Shown here: one piece after another, positions 61,551 through 64,000 of the stretch
Layout of the letters: the number at the start of each line of letters is the position of its first letter
Numbering within the stretch: the stretch's first letter is position 1
Assembly (NCBI GenBank): GCA_964628805.1
Contig: CAZVOK010000004.1
Location: forward strand, 20,163-84,162
DNA length: 64,000 nt
Source of the DNA: an uncultured Candidatus Peribacteria bacterium
GTDB taxonomy: Bacteria > Patescibacteriota > Gracilibacteria > Peribacterales > Peribacteraceae
Direction: 5' to 3'
The notes under the pieces: model-generated
Databases searched by the model: none
Told to the model about the DNA's origin: nothing
The model's input: the letters and a program-made list of their open reading frames with translations, nothing else
Position numbers and translations under genes: made by a program

Positions 61551-64000
61551 ATGGCAATCCTCGATACTCTCAATAAGCTCCTCGGCGATCCCAATAAAAA
61601 AGAACTCAAGAAGCTCTGGCCTGTGGTGAAGGAGGTTCGTAAGGCTGCCGAGGCTCCGCACATTCGTGCTCTTACGCTGGAGACACTTCCGCGTCAGACA
61701 GAAGAATTGAAAGTGAAAGTGCAGTCCGGCCAGAAGACGCTCGATGAGATTTTGCCGGAAGCCTTTGCTACCGCCATCCGCGCGTGTGAGCTTCTGCAAG
61801 GAAAGACGATGAAGATTGGAAATCAGGAATTTACGTGGAACATGGTGCCGTTTGATGTGCAGATCCTCGGCGGCATCGCGCTGCACAGAGGGAACATCGC
61901 GGAAATGAAAACGGGAGAAGGAAAGACACTGGTGTGTACGCTGCCTGCGTACCTCAATGCTTTAATGGGCAAAGGTGTACACGTAGTGACTGTGAACGAT
62001 TACCTCGCCAAGCGCGATGCGCAGTGGATGGGGCTTCTGTACAAAGCACTCGGACTTACGGTTGGAACCATCGTGCATGAGTTGGAGCCGGATCAGCGTA
62101 AGCAGGAGTACGCAGCAGACATCACCTACGGAACCAACAGCGAATTTGGATTCGATTACCTGCGCGATAACATGGCAACGTCGCTCGAGCGCCAGGTGCA
62201 GCGCGGGCTCTATTACGCCATCGTGGATGAAGTGGATAGCATTCTCGTAGATGAAGCGCGCACGCCGCTCATCATCAGTCAGCCTGCGAATGAATCGACG
62301 GATAAATACGTGCAGTACGCAGGACTTGTCTCGAACTTGCAGGAAAATGTGCACTTTAACTTAGATGAAAAGCAGCGTGCAGCCACTCTCACCGATGAAG
62401 GTATTAAAAAGATGGAGCAGCTACTGGGTGTGGAGAACATCTACACAGAGAAGGGATTTGAAACCGTGCATCACTTGGAGCAGGCGCTGAAGGCGCACGG
62501 AATCTTCAAGAAAGACGTGGATTACGTGGTGAAGGACGGCGAGATCATCATCGTGGATGAATTCACAGGCCGCCTCATGCCGGGACGCAGGTACAGTCAT
62601 GGATTGCACCAGGCGATTGAGGCTAAAGAAGGAGTCACTGTGCAGCGCGAGAGCCGCACGCTTGCCACTATCACCTTCCAGAACTACTTCCGCCTGTTTA
62701 AGAAACTTGCGGGTATGACGGGAACGGCGAAAACAGAGGAAGAAGAATTTGAATCGATTTATAAACTGCGCGTGATTGTAATCCCCACACACAGAAATGT
62801 GCAGCGCCAGGACAAGGCCGATGCCATCTACCGCACGATGAGTGCGAAGTTCAAGGCGGTTGCAAAAATTGCGAAAGAAAAACATGCTGTGGGACAGCCG
62901 GTGCTCATCGGTACTACGAGCATTGAAAAGTCTGAAGTGATGAGCCTCTTGCTCGATCAAGAAGGTGTGCCGCATCAGGTGCTGAACGCCAAGCAGCACG
63001 AGAAAGAAGCCGAAATTGTGGCGAATGCAGGCCAAAAAGGCACTGTGACGATTGCCACCAACATGGCGGGCCGTGGAACGGACATTAAGCTGGGAGAAGG
63101 CGTCACGGAGCTCGGCGGTCTTGCCATCCTCGGTACCGAGCGCCACGAAGCACGACGCATCGATAATCAGCTTCGCGGTCGCGCGGGACGCCAGGGAGAC
63201 CCGGGAGAGAGTCAGTTCTTTGTGTCCATGGAAGATGAACTGATGCGTCTTTTCGGGGGTGATCGTTTGAAATCCATGATGGAAAGATTAAATGTTCCGG
63301 ATGATGTGCCGCTGGAAAATGGCATCGTGTCACGAAGCATTGAAAGTGCGCAGAAGAAAGTAGAAGGAAGAAACTTCGACATCCGCCGCCACGTGCTGCA
63401 GTACGACAACGTGATGAACCAACACCGTGAGATTATCTATAAGAGGAGAAATAAGATTTTGGAGAAGATTGCGGAGGCGAGGGAGACTCGAGACGTGAGA
63501 CTTGAGACTAGAGAAAATGAGAATGAGACACTCGAATCTCAAGTCTCACGTCTCGAGTCTTTGCCATTGCATGAAGAAATCCTCAAAGCTCTCCGCTCGG
63601 AGGTTGCCGCTCTCGTTTCTTTGTACACGCAGGATACGGATCCGGACCTGTGGAACTTCAATGAAATTGCCGAGAACCTCATGGTGTATCACATGGATCT
63701 TTCGAAGGTTATTTCTCGTGATCACTTGGCTACTCTCACAGAGCGCGAGGAACTGCAGAAGCACTTGGAGGACATGATGGTGAAGTTCTACGAGGATAAG
63801 TGTGCGCAGCATGACATCGATACCGTGGCTCGTGCCGAGAGCATCGTGACGCTCAGAAGTATTGATTCCCACTGGATGGATCATATCGACGATATGTCTC
63901 ACCTGCGTGAACAGGTGGCCTTCTCCGGCTACGCCCAGCGCGATCCTCTCATTGAATATCAGGATCAAGGTTTCCAGCGGTTCCAGCAGCTGATCGCCAC
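61551..64000 (+). CDS. secA: preprotein translocase ATPase SecA (3' end beyond the window)
   Basis: From ATG 61551 the frame is open to the window end. Motifs: MKTGEGKTLV, VTVNDYLAKRD, VDEVDSILVDEARTPLIIS, TNMAGRGTDI, RGRAGRQGDPG. The gene is missing from the ORF track because no stop codon falls in the window. Confidence 0.93.
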   Translation, partial: MAILDTLNKLLGDPNKKELKKLWPVVKEVRKAAEAPHIRALTLETLPRQTEELKVKVQSGQKTLDEILPEAFATAIRACELLQGKTMKIGNQEFTWNMVPFDVQILGGIALHRGNIAEMKTGEGKTLVCTLPAYLNALMGKGVHVVTVNDYLAKRDAQWMGLLYKALGLTVGTIVHELEPDQRKQEYAADITYGTNSEFGFDYLRDNMATSLERQVQRGLYYAIVDEVDSILVDEARTPLIISQPANESTDKYVQYAGLVSNLQENVHFNLDEKQRAATLTDEGIKKMEQLLGVENIYTEKGFETVHHLEQALKAHGIFKKDVDYVVKDGEIIIVDEFTGRLMPGRRYSHGLHQAIEAKEGVTVQRESRTLATITFQNYFRLFKKLAGMTGTAKTEEEEFESIYKLRVIVIPTHRNVQRQDKADAIYRTMSAKFKAVAKIAKEKHAVGQPVLIGTTSIEKSEVMSLLLDQEGVPHQVLNAKQHEKEAEIVANAGQKGTVTIATNMAGRGTDIKLGEGVTELGGLAILGTERHEARRIDNQLRGRAGRQGDPGESQFFVSMEDELMRLFGGDRLKSMMERLNVPDDVPLENGIVSRSIESAQKKVEGRNFDIRRHVLQYDNVMNQHREIIYKRRNKILEKIAEARETRDVRLETRENENETLESQVSRLESLPLHEEILKALRSEVAALVSLYTQDTDPDLWNFNEIAENLMVYHMDLSKVISRDHLATLTEREELQKHLEDMMVKFYEDKCAQHDIDTVARAESIVTLRSIDSHWMDHIDDMSHLREQVAFSGYAQRDPLIEYQDQGFQRFQQLIA
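63484..63560. repeat. perfect 24-bp inverted repeat (GAGAC words) inside the secA reading frame
   Basis: 63484-63507 AGACTCGAGACGTGAGACTTGAGA is the exact reverse complement of 63537-63560. The spacer is 29 nt. Confidence 0.85.

Noticed and set aside
7452-63560. CRISPR arrays, considered because of the many short tandem repeats
   Set aside because: The repeats are 6-8-nt degenerate words with no 25-40-nt constant repeats separated by unique spacers. No cas genes are present.
1-64000. Alternative genetic code (UGA recoding, as in some CPR lineages)
   Set aside because: TGA terminates well-conserved genes at their expected lengths (for example nrdR at 4872-4874 and the pilin-like gene 41645..43387 at 43385-43387). 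No conserved gene shows internal TGA codons.

Overview
This 64 kb window is bacterial chromosome, roughly 50% GC by eye, and uses the standard genetic code (TGA, TAA and TAG all end clearly recognisable genes). The gene content suggests a small-genome, monoderm-like uncultivated lineage (CPR/Patescibacteria-like). That assignment is an inference from many charged or Ser-rich ORFans, SLH proteins, a type IV pilus locus without outer-membrane parts, and sparse biosynthesis. Recognisable core genes are dnaE (partial), tsaC, nrdR, aspS, mfd, dnaN, pyrB, pyrC, rnj, smpB, recR, nfi, nusA, tsaB and secA (partial). RNA genes are tRNA-Leu(UAG), tRNA-Thr(UGU) and a long RNase P RNA. A candidate oriC with six perfect DnaA boxes and an AT-rich stretch lies upstream of dnaN, and no dnaA is adjacent. 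The largest functional block (about 32.6-49.0 kb) is a type IV pilus/competence-pilus-like locus. It contains pilD, a response regulator, pilB, pilC with a long N-terminal extension, seven prepilin-like genes and a sensor kinase. Several of the pilins are fused to unusual C-terminal modules. Other notable items are: a low-GC RAYT-type HUH transposase flanked by perfect 36-bp inverted REP-like repeats; duplicated two-gene ORFan cassettes; an SLH gene with an in-frame amber codon next to a GIY-YIG remnant; and a low-GC three-ORFan island. The most unusual signal is non-coding. Almost every intergenic gap carries long imperfect hairpins built from degenerate ~7-nt tandem words, and one perfect 24-bp version sits in frame inside secA. 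A bipartite structured motif also recurs in RNase P RNA, on both sides of tRNA-Thr and upstream of nrdR. All calls come from reading the sequence and the ORF track; no searches were run.
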